64,000 nucleotides of DNA from Mustelus asterias. Taxonomy: Eukaryota. Shown here piece after piece: positions 26,125-38,490 of this stretch. The stretch spans positions 806,001 through 870,000 of the forward strand of contig NW_027590172.1 of assembly GCF_964213995.1 (NCBI RefSeq), read 5' to 3'. The position numbers and the translations under genes are program-made. Within the stretch, counting starts at the first letter, position 1, and each line of letters opens with the position of its first letter. A model generated the notes under the pieces. The model was not told where the DNA came from and made no database searches. It was given only the letters and a program-made list of their open reading frames with translations.

Positions 26125-27320
26125 GATGACAGAAGCCAGAGGGTAGTTGTAGAAAGTTGTTGTTCAAACTGGAGAACTGTGACCAGCGATGTGCCTTAGG
26201 GATTGGTGCTGGGTCCACTGTTACTTGTCATTTACATTAATGATTTGGATTAGAAATAAGGAGGCTTGGTTAGTAAGTTTGCGGATGACACCAAGATTGG
26301 TGGCATAGTGGACAGTGAAGAAGGTTATCTCCGATTGCAACAGGATCTTATCAATTGGGCCAGTGGGCTGACGAATGGCAGATGCAGTTTAATTTAGACA
26401 AATGCGAGGTGATGCATTTTGGTAGATTGAACCAGGGCAGGATTTACTGAGTTAATGGTAGGGCATTGGGGAGAGTTATGGAACATAGAGATCTCGGGGT
26501 ACATGTTCATAGCTCCTTGAAAGTGGAGTCACAGGTGGACAGAGTGGTGAAAAAGGCATTCAACATGCCTGGTTTCATTGGTCAGAACATTGAATGCAGG
26601 AGTTGGGACGTCTGTTGAAGTTGTACAAGACATTGGTAAGGCCACACTTGGAATGCTGTGTACAGTTCTGGTCACTCTATTATAGAAAGGATATTATTAA
26701 ACTAGAAAGACTGCAGAAGAGATTTACTAGGATGCTACCGGGACTTGATGGGTTGAGTTCTAATGAGAGGCTTGATGGACTGGGACTTTTTTCTCTGGAG
26801 CGTAGAAGGCTGAGGGGTGATCTTATAGAGGTCTATAAAATAATGAGGGGCACAGATCAGGCAGAAAGTCAATATCTTTTCCCAAAGACAGGGGAGTCTA
26901 AAAGTAGAGCACACAGGTTTAAGATGAGAGTGGAGGGATACAAAAGGGTACAGAGGGGCAGTTTCTTTCACACAGAGGGCGGTGAGTGTCTGGAACAAGC
27001 TGCCAGAGGTATTAGTAGAGGCGGGTACAATTTTGTCTTTTAAAAAGCGATTAGACAGTTACATGGGTAAAATGGGTACAGAGGGATCTGGGCCAAATGC
27101 GGGCAATTGGGACTAGCTTCGGGGTTTAAAAAAAGGGCAGCATGGACAAGTTGGGCCGAATGGCCTGTTTCCATGCTGTCAACCTCTATGATTCTGTGGA
27201 CACAGAGGGATTTGGGCCAAACATGGGCAATAGGGACTAGCTTAGTGGTTTCAAAAAAAGGGGGCAGCATGGACAAGTTGGGCTGAAGGGCTATGCTGTA
27301 AACCTCTGTGACTCTGTGAC
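26125..27320 (+). mobile_element. CR1 LINE, degraded, with duplicated 3' tail
   Basis: SKFADDTKIGG, RPHLECCVQFW; two copies of 3' UTR (27080-27195, 27200-27320). Confidence 0.82.
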
Positions 27321-27419
27321 CTCAATGACTGAACTGTGTTCATTGGGGTGAGTTTCTGTTGATAAACTTCAGAGGCTAATGTTTTTGATAATCAAATTAG
27401 TCATCTTGATGTTAATGAA

Positions 27420-28080
27420 GTTTGTAATATATATAAATGACTTGGAAGAAAATGCTCTGATTAGCAAGTTTGCAGCAGATGATACTAAGCTTGGTGGAGT
27501 TGCGGATAGTGATGAAGATTGTCAGAAAATACAGCAGGATATAGATAAGCTGGAAAAATTTGGAATACTGTGTCCAATTCTGGTCACCACACTACCAGAA
27601 GGACGTGAAGGCTTTGGAGAGAGTACAGAAAAAGTTTGCCAGGATGTTATCTGGTATGGAGGGTATTAGCTATAAGGAAAGATTGAATAAACTGGGATTG
27701 TTCTACTTGGAAAGACAGAGGGCGACTTGATAGAAGTTTATAAAATTATGAGTGGTATAGATAGAGTGAATAGTTGGAAGCTTTTTCCCAGGGCAGAAAT
27801 GACAATTACAAGGGGGCACAAGTTCAAGATAAGGGGGGAAAAGATTCAGTGGAGATGTGCGGAGGAACTCTTTTACACAGAGGTTGGGGGCCTGGAATGC
27901 ATTGCCAAGTGAGGTGGTTGAGGCAGTTATGTTAGTCACACTTAAGAACTTATCTTGATAGGCATATGAACAAATGAGGAATAGAGAGATATAAGCAGTT
28001 GGTCTCGATAGGACAATGTGATTGGCGCAGGCTTGGAGGGCCGAAGGGTCTGTTCCTGTGCAGTACTATTCTTTGTTCTT
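27420..28080 (+). mobile_element. CR1 LINE, internally deleted
   Basis: FVIYINDLEE..DDTKLGG; IEVYKIM; tail ttctttgttc. Confidence 0.8.
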
Positions 28081-28129
28081 TAAACATGCTGCATTGAGTC
28101 TTTTTAATATCTTATTATGGACTGGCTTC

Positions 28130-28300
28130 AGATATCAGACGAACCAACTGTGCACCAGCACTCACACACTAAGGAGAGATCATTCACCTGTACCATGTAT
28201 GGGAATGGATTCACTCTGTCATCCACTCAGCTGAGACACCAGCGAGTTCACAAGAAACTACAATGATTGAATTCTGCTGTTAATCACATCCAGGAGCGCA
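28130..28300 (+). pseudogene. Isolated ZNF 3' end relic
   Basis: ERSFTCTMYGNGFTLSSTQLRHQRVHK followed by family 3' UTR ttctgctgttaatcacatccagg. Confidence 0.65.
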
Positions 28301-28319
28301 CAATGCTTATTGGGATTGT

Positions 28320-28530
28320 AAAATAAAAGCAGAAATACTACAGTTGTTGGAAAGCTGAAATAAAACCAGAAAATGCTAAAATAAAATCAACAGGTCTGGC
28401 AGCATCCATGGAGCGAGAAACAGAGTTAACGTGAACTCTGGGTGAACTCTGAAGAGCCAAATGGACTTGAAATATTAACAGATAATGTCAGACCGCTGTT
28501 TTTTTTCCAGCACTTTTCTGGTTTTATTAT
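28320..28530. mobile_element. Second small repeat family (probably PLE-related), inverted configuration
   Basis: ataaaaccagaaaatgct...aggtctggcagcatc and inverted gtcagacc...agcacttttctggttttat; same family at 37060-37108 + 37898-37995. Confidence 0.5.
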
Positions 28531-28894
28531 TGCTTATCATGGTCTGTTTCTGCTGAAGTTAATAAACTCCAGACCACTTATGAATGCTAATATTCTGGGT
28601 AAAAGTCAAGTAAATAAGCTTTGTATTTAAACACATTGTAAGGTGAGTTTTTACTATCCCAAACACGGGTTAGTTCATCTTGAAGCAATCTCCTTCCTCA
28701 CTGTCTCCTCAACTCCAACAAACAGTGCAAGGAGGTTATGAACTTTTTTTTCTTTTTTTGTGTGTGAACTACCACAAAATTTGGAATCAAATATCGAATA
28801 TTTGGGCACATCACAGGCATCAGCACACCCAGAGTGCAATGGGATAGCCTCGTCCTGGACAAACCACCTGCTTGATCATGGTTTCACCCCTGCC

Positions 28895-29135
28895 AGGTCC
28901 CTGGAGAGGGAGCATGCAGTGTCCACAGGCGCGGTTGACGCCTCCCGTGCCCGTTGGCACCGCAGGGGTTGGGGTGTGTTATTGACCCTGATAATCACAT
29001 TTTAATTTGATGCCTTTAAGTTTCATTTGTACTTTGATTTTTGTTCGGGCTGTTTCCCCCTCCTTTTGGGGAGCTGTCCCTTTTACTTTGTCCTCACTTA
29101 ATTTGAGTTTGTTCATTTGGTTTGATCTAAAAAGA
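28895..29135 (+). mobile_element. Tx1-like LINE 3' end
   Basis: SLEREHAVSTGAVDASRARW resembles Tx1 ORF2 C-terminus; T-rich 3' UTR ending taaaaaga. Confidence 0.5.
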
Positions 29136-29249
29136 GGTCACCCCTGCCAGGTTGTGGATTTAGTTGTGGACTCCAAAGAAAATATGGCGCGGGTGAGGGT
29201 GAATTGTGCCCATCAGGGAAGTTGGTTCAGGTTTAGGGGTTTCCATATG

Positions 29250-29620
29250 ATATAAATACTGATTTTGTAATGCGCTTCTCCATTGGGAATTCGAACCGAA
29301 TACGAATGTTTAAACTGTCCATCATCAACCTGAGTCATCAATGCCGGCGGGTTTACCCAGCGTCCCCCGCGCTGTAGAATGTCCTCTATCAGTGAGTGCA
29401 GGTGCGCAGGCGCAGTGTGCACTCTGACCATGCTCAGTGTCAGTCATGGTACCAGGGAAGGTTCGGGAGGAGACAGCGAGCACAGGGTCGGAATGGAAAC
29501 CGCGGCACCAACTTCTGGCCCAGGCCGCAGGCCCCGGCTTTACTGCGGGGACAGGCCCAGGGGGGGGGGGGAGCGCTGGAGCCGGCGGCTGGACACTGGG
29601 GAGGATTTGGAAACACTTTG
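29250..29620. promoter_or_regulatory. CpG-rich promoter of ZNF-5
   Basis: NRF1-like tgcgcaggcgca (29403), GC-rich, followed by exon/intron cassette nearly identical to 8752-9110. Confidence 0.7.
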
Positions 29621-30127
29621 TGGATCCGCAAACCCTTCAGAATCATTGTCAGCTCCCTGGTTTGCAGCTGCGGGGTTTCTCCCTCCCTCCCTCCCGGGAA
29701 CAGGCCCAGGTTAACGGCCCCATCCTGGCTCAGCCACTGGAGGATGGTTCACATCAGAGGATGGGGGAGGGGGACAATAAATAAGAGGTTACACTTTGGC
29801 CTCAAATCAATGAGGACTCGGATCTCTGGGAAGGAAGGAAACCCTGGGAGGTGGGCGGGGAGGATTCACAAACACCCGCTGGAGGCCCCAACACCTCCAA
29901 TAAGACCCATTGGTTTTACTGTCAGTCAGCAGACAGGAGCTGGAGAACTGAACCCAGACAGAGGAGAGGGAGGGAGAAAACTGGGAGTGGAGGAAAGAAA
30001 TGGTGAGATGGGTTTGGATTTCAGCCCAGGGAGGAGGGAGAATGTGTGGGACGGGGATTTACAGATTTGGGGGAATGAGAGAGGAAAAAAAGTTCCAGAG
30101 AAACTAGAATTGTCTGTTCAGAATTTC

Positions 30128-30327
30128 ATAGAAATCATAGAAACCCTACAGTACAGAAAGAGGCCATTCGGCCCATTGAGTCTGCACCGACCACAATCCC
30201 ACCCAGGCCCTACCCCCAAATCCCTACATATTTACCCACTAATCCCTCTAAACTACACATCTCAGGACACGAAGGGCAATTTTTTTTTTTGCATGGCCAA
30301 TCAACCTAACCCGCACATCTTTGGACT
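30128..30327 (-). mobile_element. 5'-truncated SINE (HE1-like) in ZNF-5 intron
   Basis: CR1-type tail (atttctatg)n; gaatttc duplicated on both sides. Confidence 0.75.
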
Positions 30328-30711
30328 GAATTTCTATCTCGATTGACTGTGACGATTTTTGTTAACTCCTTTTACAGGTGAGGTGAGGAAACATCACATA
30401 AAAATCAGACTGAGTATCGATTTATTAGGACCTGAATATCCTGAGACTTTGAATGTGGAAGGAGAAATGTTTGTCTGTTCTGCCTGGAGGAGAAGATTTC
30501 AAACATCAGTGTGACTGGAAAAGCACTGAGACACACACACACCCGAGTGAGAGTGTTCCAGTGAACTGACTGTGGAAAAAGCTTAAACCAGTTACACAGC
30601 CTGAAAAAACATCACACCATTCACAGCTGGGAGAAACTGTACATATGTTCTGTGTGTGGACAAGACTTCAACTGATCATCCAACCTGGAGAGACACAAGG
30701 ACACTGGCACT

Positions 30712-31236
30712 ATGGAGAAACCTTGGAAATGTGGGAAGGGATTCAATTATCCTTCCCATCTCGAAACTCATCGTCGCAGTCACACAGGAGAGAGACCGTT
30801 CATCTGCTGTGTGTGTGGAAAAGGTTTTGTTCAGTCACAACACCTGCAGTCACACCAACGCTCTCATTCCAATAAGAGACATTTAAAATGTTCCAACTGT
30901 GAGAAGAGCTTTAAGAGCAAAAAGCACTTGAAACAACACCAACACACACACACTGGAGAGAGGCCATTCATCTGCTCTGTGTGTGGGAAGGGATTCACTC
31001 AGTCAGCCACCCTGATGAGACACCAGCAGACTCACACAGGAAAAAGGCCGTTCACCTGCTCAGTGTGTGGGAAAGGATTCATTCAGTCATCCACTCTGCT
31101 GAGGCATCAGCGAGTTCACACTGGGGAGAGGCCGTTCCCTTGCTCCAAGTGTGGGAAGGAATTCACTCGGTTAGACACTCTCAGTTTGCATCAACATGTT
31201 CACACTGAAAAATTACTTTTTAAACATTACGAATGA
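30712..31236 (+). CDS. C2H2 zinc-finger protein, 5 intact fingers, first finger deleted (ZNF-5; possibly decaying)
   Basis: [11 protein letters not shown]...; premature TGA with further decayed fingers to ~31350. Confidence 0.65.
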   Translation: MEKPWKCGKGFNYPSHLETHRRSHTGERPFICCVCGKGFVQSQHLQSHQRSHSNKRHLKCSNCEKSFKSKKHLKQHQHTHTGERPFICSVCGKGFTQSATLMRHQQTHTGKRPFTCSVCGKGFIQSSTLLRHQRVHTGERPFPCSKCGKEFTRLDTLSLHQHVHTEKLLFKHYE

Positions 31237-31815
31237 GAGAAAAGTGAGTTGCAGACACACCAATGCATTCGTGTTGAAGAGTGGATGCTCACCTGCTCTG
31301 TCTGTGGGAAGGGACTTATTCAGTCACCACACCTATTGAGACATCAGTAAGTTTCTGTGCAAGGGTGGGATTCTGTCAATCACTTCCATTGTGTGTTTCT
31401 GCTCATGTTAAACTCCAACCCTGTTCTAGGAGTTATTGATATTCTAGATAAATGTCACTAAGTCAGTTTTTATGGAAATGCGCAGTGCTGTGTTAATATT
31501 TCTCCAATGGAAGAGGAGACTTGATGTCCTGCTACCAGCTTCATTTTGGGGCCTTTTCTCATTTCGAACTCTAGATTATTTCAGTTCTCACGCCTTTGGT
31601 TATTCTCATGGACAATTCTAAGCTCCCATATTTTCCAGAGTGTCTTTCCTGGCGCTGGGATCCAGGGAAGTTATCGGTCACAGTCCTGTGATCAAAAAAG
31701 CCAAAAACAAGTCTGCTTGGACTTCACCCCTGTCCCAAAACATCTCTCTCTTCTTTGATGTGTGAATGGAACATGATGCCTGCAAACCTGGTTTAAATTG
31801 AAATCGTCTCAGCAA

Positions 31816-33762
31816 ATTTAACAGGAGCCTGCAGGCTGATGAGTCAGTGTCACACGGTCAGTGTGTTCCTGTGCCGCTCTGTATTTAACAGGAGCCTGCA
31901 GGCTGATGAGACTGTGTTACACTGTCAGTGTGTTCCTGTGCCGCTCTGTATTTAACAGGAGCCTGCAGGCTGATGAGACTGTGTTACACTGTCAGTGTGT
32001 TCCTGTGCCGCTCTGTATTTAACAGGAGCCTGCAGGCTGATGAGTCAGTGTCACACGGTCAGTGTGTTCCTGTGCCGCTCTGTATTTAACAGGAGCCTGC
32101 AGGCTGATGAGACTGTGTTACATTGTCAGTGTGTTCCTGTGCAGCTCTATTTAACAGGAGCCTGCAGGCTGATGAGACTGTGTTACACTGTCAGTGTGTT
32201 CCTGCACTTCTCTGTTTTTAACAAGAGCCTGCAGGCCTCTGAAACAGTGTTAACTGTCAGTGTGCTGATGTACTGCTCTGTACTTAACAGTAGCCTGCAG
32301 ACTAATGAGACTCTTACACTGTCAGTGTGCTGCTAGAACAACAAAGAACAGTTCAGCACAGGAAACAGGCCCTTCGGCCCTCCAAGCCTGTGCCGCTCCT
32401 TGGTCCAACTAGACCAATCGTTTGTATCCCTCCATTCCCAGGCTGCTCATGTGACTATCCAGGTAAGTCTTAAACGATGTCAGCGTGCCTGCCTCCACCA
32501 CCCTACTTGGCAGCGCATTCCAGGCCCCCACCACCCTCTGTGTAAAAAATGTCCCTCTGATGTCTGAGTGATACCTCGCCCCTCTCACCTTGAGCCCATG
32601 ACCCCTCGTGATCGTCACCTCCGACCTGGGAAAAAGCTTCCCACTGTTCACCCTATCTATACCCTTCATAATCTTGTATACCTCTATTAGATCTCCCCTC
32701 ATTCTCCGTCTTTCCAAGGAGAACAACCCCAGTCTACCCAATCTCTCCTCATAGCTTAGACCCTCCATACCAGGCAACATCCTGGTAAACTTTCTCTGCA
32801 CTCTCTCCAATGCCTCCACGTCCTTCTGGTAGTGCGGCGACCAGAACTGGACGCAGTACTCCAAATGTGGCCTAACCAGCGTTCTATACAGCTGCATCAT
32901 CAGACTCCAGCTTTTATACTCTATACCCCGTCCTATAAAGGCAAGCATACCATATGCCTTCTTCACCACCTTCTCCACCTGTGTTGCCACCTTCAAGGAT
33001 TTGTGGACTTGCACACCTAGGTCCCTCTGTGTTTCTATACTCCTGATGACTCTGCCATTTATTGTATAACTCCTCCCTACATTATTTCTTCCAAAATGCA
33101 TCACTTCGCATTTATCCGGATTAAACTCCATCTGCCACCTCTCCGCCCAATTTTCCAGCCTATCTATATCCTGCTGTATTGCCCGACAATGCTCTTCGCT
33201 ATCCGCAATTCCAGTCATCTTTATGTCATCCGCAAACTTGCTGATTACACCAGTTACACCTTCTTCCAAATCATTTATATATATCACAAATAGCAGAGGT
33301 CCCAGTACAGAGCCCTGCGGAACACCACTGGTCACAGACCTCCAGCCGGAAAAAGACCCTTCGACCACTACCCTCTGTCTCCTATGGCCAAGCCAGTTCT
33401 CCACCCATCTTGCCACTTCTCCTTGTATCCCATGAGCCTTAACCTTCTTAACCAACCTGCCATGTGGGACTTTGTCAAATGCCTTACTGAAATCCATATA
33501 GACGACATCCACGGCCCTTCCTTCATCAACCGTTTTTGTCACTGATGTACTGCTGTACTGCTCTGTATTTAACAGGAGCCTGTAGGCTTATGAGGCTGTG
33601 TTACACTGTCAGTGTGTTCCTGTACTGCTCTGTATTTAACAGGAGCCTGCAGGCTTATGAGGCTGTGTTACACTGTCAGTGTGTTCCTGTACTGCTCTGT
33701 ATTTAACAGGAGCCTGCAGGCTGATGAGGCTCTTATACGGTCAGTGTGCTCCTGTACTGTGG
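31816..33762. repeat. 67-bp minisatellite (~8 units, then CR1, then ~3 units)
   Basis: gtattt recurs at 31881, 31948, 32015, 32082; unit contains palindrome AGCCTGCAGGCT. Confidence 0.92.
32335..33542 (-). mobile_element. Young CR1 LINE (open 377-aa RT frame) inserted in the minisatellite
   Basis: DFSKAFDKVPH...PQGSVLGP...KFADD...GYKRLV uninterrupted; 3' tail at 32335-32400. Confidence 0.93.
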
Positions 33763-34388
33763 AGCCTTTGCTGTTATGAAATGTGGATGAATAGTAATGA
33801 GCCTCACATCCTTGCTCATGTTGCTGTGGTTGTGTAGAAAAGGAGTGTGTAAAGGGCTGGTATTTGTGTGGAGGTGTGAACAAAGGAAATGGTATCTGTT
33901 TGTGACAGTGACACGTTCTTGTGCTCACACTCAGAACAATGCACAGATATCATTCTGGTTACAGTTTGAACAGGGTCAGATCACAACTGTAGTGAACAAT
34001 TTAAACATAAATATCTCCAGTGTAACTGCAGCTTGTTCGATCAGAGCTGGGGAGGAGAGAGTTCTGAATCCACTGTATTATCTCTGTTCTCCAGACTGGG
34101 TAAATTTTAAGTCGAATGATATTTCATTCAAGGAACAGGCTCACAGCCAATAGGCTGAATTGCTGTGTAACTTGCATTAAAAAATCATAAAATTCAGGTA
34201 CAGACTAACTAATCATGTTAAACACATGGAAACTGTGACAATCCAGTGATAATAACAATTAACAAATTCATCAGGTAACAGGAAAGTGGTAGACAGGATA
34301 TTACAGAAGGAATATTGAATTAGATTGTTAAAATTACAGACCAATACACCATTACAGGCTCGGAGATGCATATAAATTTCATATAAAA

Positions 34389-34775
34389 GGCAGGCAGTGG
34401 CGTAGTGATATTGTCGCTGGACTAGTAATCAAGAGTCCCAGGTAATACTTTGGGGACCAGGGTTCGAATCCCACCACGGCAGGTGGTGAAATCTGAATTC
34501 AATAAAAATCTGGAGTTAAAAGTCTCATGACCAGGAAACTGTTGTCGATTGTTGTAAAAAAACCCCATCTGGTTCACTAATGTGTTTAGGGAAGGAAATC
34601 TGCCGTCCTTACCTGGTCTGGCACATCTTTGACTCCAGATCCACAGCAATGTGGTTGACTCTTAAATGCCCTCTGCAATGGCCCAGCAAACTACTCAGTT
34701 CAAGGGTAATTAGGGTGGGTAATAAATGCTGGCCAAGTCAGTGACATCCACATCCCATGAATGAATTTAAAAAAA
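34389..34775 (+). mobile_element. tRNA-derived SINE (DeuSINE/SacSINE-like)
   Basis: A box tggcgtagtga, B box ggttcgaatcc, core tggttcactaatg..agggaaggaaatctgccgtccttacctggtctgg; other copies at 48290-48660, 50748-50835, 62075-62390. Confidence 0.7.
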
Positions 34776-35140
34776 GTACTTCACTGAGTACTGGAACCAT
34801 GTGAGGAATTACTCTGTCTGTATTATTGCAGTGCTGTTAATAAAGTCAATAAAAGACAATCTGTTGTTGGGAATTTGATTACCTGGTGTCTGAAACCACA
34901 AGGCTCAATATTTAGAGTCAATAAGATGAACAAAGAAACACATCAGGGCCAAATACTCCAGCTGGATATTCAAGGAGAAAGTCTGTTATCTAATACCCTG
35001 AGTGGACAGAACAGAGAAAGATCCCAACTGTAAAGAACCCTCAAATTATTTATAAATAGTTTTCTAATGTTGACAGATTTCAACAGTCAGTTTCTATCAC
35101 TATTTTCAGACTGTAAAGTTAAACCTGCCGTTTTACTTTT

Positions 35141-35256
35141 GATGTGGAGATGCCGGCGTTGGACTGGGGTGAACATGGTAAGAAGTCTCACAACACCAGG
35201 TTAAAGTCCAACAGGTTTATTTGGTCTTTAACCTGGTGTTGTGAGACTTCTTACCA
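35141..35256. mobile_element. Penelope-like terminal fragment with perfect 32-bp inverted repeat, 9-bp TSD
   Basis: Arms 35175-35206 / 35226-35257; ttttacttt on both flanks. Confidence 0.82.
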
Positions 35257-35476
35257 TTTTACTTTCAGTCAGGAACAGATCCCAGTTTTACACCAATCTC
35301 TGATTTGACATCATGTTTCCAGCATTCTTCCTGACTCTAAACATAGTTGTAAAGGAGCTTCTGTTCCATATCTAGGAGCTCTAAACCATGGAAGAGAGTG
35401 GCTTTCTTACACACATCAAGATTAACCCACACATTTAGTCTTCAATATGATTAAAAGCAGAATCTAATTCTTGCAG

Positions 35477-36464
35477 TCATTTGTGAACTTGCTGGTGTGT
35501 CACAGGGTGTGATGACTGATTGAATCCCTTCCCACACATTGAGCAGGTGAACGGCCTCTCCCCAGTGTGAACTCACTGGTGCCTCAGCAGATGGGATGAC
35601 TGAGTGAATCCCTTCCCACATACGGAGCAGGTGAATGGCCTCCCCTTAGTATGAACTTGTTGGTGCACCAGACTGTCTGATGACTGAATGAATTCATTAG
35701 CACACACTGAGCAGGTGAATGGCCTCTCTCCAATGTGAACTCGCTGGTGCAACAGAAGCTGGTATGACTGAGTGAATCCCTTCCCACACTCAGAGCAGAT
35801 GAATGGTCTGTTCCCAGTGTGAACTCGCTGGTGTGTCACAAGGTGGGATGTCTGAGTGAATCCCTTCCCACACACACAGCAAATAAATGGCCTCTCCTCA
35901 GTGTGAACTCGCTGGTGGGGTTGAGTGAATCCCTTTTCACACACACAGCAAGTGAATGGCCTCACCCCAGTGTGACGTCACTGGTGCATTAGCAAGTCAA
36001 ATGACTGAACAAATCTCTTCCCACACTCAGAGCAGATGAACAGTCTCTTTCCCAGTGTGAAGTCGCTGGTGTATTTGCAGATACTTCTTGCTTTTCAAGC
36101 TCTTCTCGCAGTCAGAACATTTAAAAAGTCTCTGATCACTGTGTACATGTTGATGTTCAGTGAGCTGGCATGACTGAGTGAATCCGTTGCCACACACAGG
36201 CCTGGTGAATGCGCTCTCCTCAGTGTGAACTTGCTCATGAGCCAGGAGGTCATATGAGTCCTTCCCACATGTGGAACATCTGAACGGCCTCTCCTGGGTA
36301 TGAACTGGCTGGCGTGTCAACAGACTGGATAACTGAGTAAATCCATCTCCACACATGGAGAAGGTGAAAGGTCCCTCCCCAGTGTGACTGCATTGATCAT
36401 GTCCCAGTTTAAAAGGGAAAATTAATCCCATCCCACAATCACCATATGTCCACGCTTTCTCCGT
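35477..36464 (-). pseudogene. C2H2 ZNF pseudogene (ZNF-6)
   Basis: Family ATG changed to ACG (36464), internal stops and frameshifts, about 11 finger remnants; leader to 36720, acceptor ~36818. Confidence 0.85.
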
Positions 36465-37109
36465 GATTCAATTATTAATTTGTCTCTCCAGGTTGGATGA
36501 TCAGTTGGAGCCTCACACAGAACACATGTACATTTCTCCGCACTGTGAATGGTATGATGTTTTTTCAGGCTGTGTAACTGGTTAAAGCTCTTTCCACAGT
36601 CAGTTCACTGGAACACTCTCACTCAGGTGAGTGTGTGTCTCAGTGCTTTTTCAGTCACACTGACGTTTAAAATCTTTCCCCACAGATAGAACAAACATTT
36701 CTCCTTCCACATTCAGAAGTCGATGATATTCAGGTCCTGATGAATCAAGTGACTGTCAGATTTTGACATGATGTTTGTTCTGACTTTCCCATCTGGAACT
36801 TCTCTCCCTCGAACTCCCTGCAAAAGGAGTTTACAGAAGTTATCAGTGTAAGTACAGGACAGAAATTCAGAGCTAACAATTCTGTGCCCCACACACGCTT
36901 TTCGCTCTCTGCTCATTGCTCCAGATTGAGTTTCTAGTCTTCTCCTGATTCTTTTCTTCTCTCCAGATTCTCTCCCCTCCTGTCCTCAAACTGGTGACAC
37001 TGGCTGTGGATCAATCCCACTCCGTCACTCTCATTCTAACAAATAATGCAGCTCACAACAATTTAACGAAGGGTCATCTGGACTCAAAACGTTGGCTCTT
37101 TTCTCTCTG

Positions 37110-37897
37110 GTGTGGAGATGCTGGCGTTGGACTGGGGTAAACACAGTAAAAAGGGGTAGGGCCTGGGTGGGATTGTGGTCGGTGCAGACTCGATGGGCCG
37201 AATGGCCTCCTTCTGCACTGTAGGGTTTCTATGATTCTATGAAGTCTCACAACACCAGGTTAAAGTCCAACAGGTTTATTTGGTAGCAAAATCCACTGGC
37301 TTTCGGAGCGCTGCTCCTTCGTCAGGTAAGTGGAAGTTCTGTTCACAAACAGGGCATATAAAGACACAAACTCAATTTACAAAATAATGGTTGGAATGCG
37401 AATCTTTATAGTTAATCAAGTCTTAAAGGTACAGACAATGAGAGTGGAGAGAGCGTTAAGCACAGGTTAAAGAGATGTGTATTATCTCCAGACAGGACAG
37501 TTAGTGAGATTTTGCAAGCCCAGGTAAGTCGTGGGGGTTAGAGATAATGTGACATGAACCCAAGATCCCGATTGAGGCCGTCCTCATGTGTGCGGAACTT
37601 GGCTATCAGTGCTGAACAGAGACTGATATCCAAGTTCCGCACACATGAGGACGGCCTCAATCGGGATCTTGTCACATTATCTGTAACCCCCACGACTTGC
37701 CTGGGCCTTGAAGACTTGATTACCTATAAAGATTCGCATTCCAACCATTATTTTGTAAATTGAGTTTGTGTCTTTATATGCCCTGTTTGTGAACAGAACT
37801 CCCACTTACCTGACGAAGGAGCAGCGCTCTGAAAGCTAGTGGATTTTGCTGCCAAATAAACCTGTTGGACTTTAACCTGGTGTGAGACTTCTTACTG
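37110..37897. mobile_element. Penelope-like element, two inverted pLTR halves around GIY-YIG C-terminus; SINE tail nested at ~37152-37240
   Basis: AEQRLISKFRTHEDGLNRDL (37610-37670) facing its reverse complement (37562-37608); hammerheads at 37293-37330 (-) and 37807-37841 (+). Confidence 0.85.
37807..37841 (+). ncRNA. Minimal type I hammerhead ribozyme motif
   Basis: tac CTGACGA a ggagc agc gctct GAAA gct A gtg. Confidence 0.65.
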
Positions 37898-38049
37898 TCT
37901 TTCCACTCTACACAGATACTGTCAGACCTGCTGAGATTTTCAGCATTTTGTGTTTTTGTTTCAGATTCCAGCATCCGCAGTATTTTGCTTTTATCAATTT
38001 CTATTTAATGACTTCATTACTGATTTTAAACATGCGGAAATATTCACCT

Positions 38050-38490
38050 TTTCCCAGTTGGGTCTTTGGTTGAAGTTGCTGCTGGGCTGAAGCCGGAAGC
38101 GGCAGAGTGAGATTCCAGAACAATGAGAGTGGGCGGGGCTGGATGACCGAGCGGGAGCGGCTGGTCCTCCAACCAATCGGAGTGAAGGAGGGGCGGGGTC
38201 GTAGTCTGACTGATGGTGCCCGCTGCGCAGGCGTGGAGTGGACGCTGTGTAGGCGAATGGAGGCGGTGTCGTGGTGTTTGTGAGGAGACATGAGCTCCGG
38301 ACAGGAGAGGAACAGAGCCGGTGAGTGGACTGGGAAGTTTCATAAACACCTTCTGGAGGATTCACAATCCAAATAAGAAGCTATCAGTTCTACGTTGTCA
38401 GTAAGAGACGCTACGACTTTTTTTAATGACAGACCCGGGACACGGCCGCCATCTTGGTGGCAGCAATGCGCATGCGCAGTGACCCTGTCT
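38050..38490. promoter_or_regulatory. Bidirectional CpG promoter between ZNF-6 (-) and ZNF-7 (+)
   Basis: Perfect NRF1 palindrome TGCGCATGCGCA (38467), YY1 GCCGCCATCTTG (38445), ETS ccggaag, GC boxes, CCAAT. Confidence 0.8.

Noticed and set aside
31816-33762. Minisatellite as CRISPR array, hammerhead array or snoRNA array
   Set aside because: Eukaryotic head-to-tail repeat without unique spacers; lacks the GAAA half-core; C box lacks the purine and there is no terminal stem
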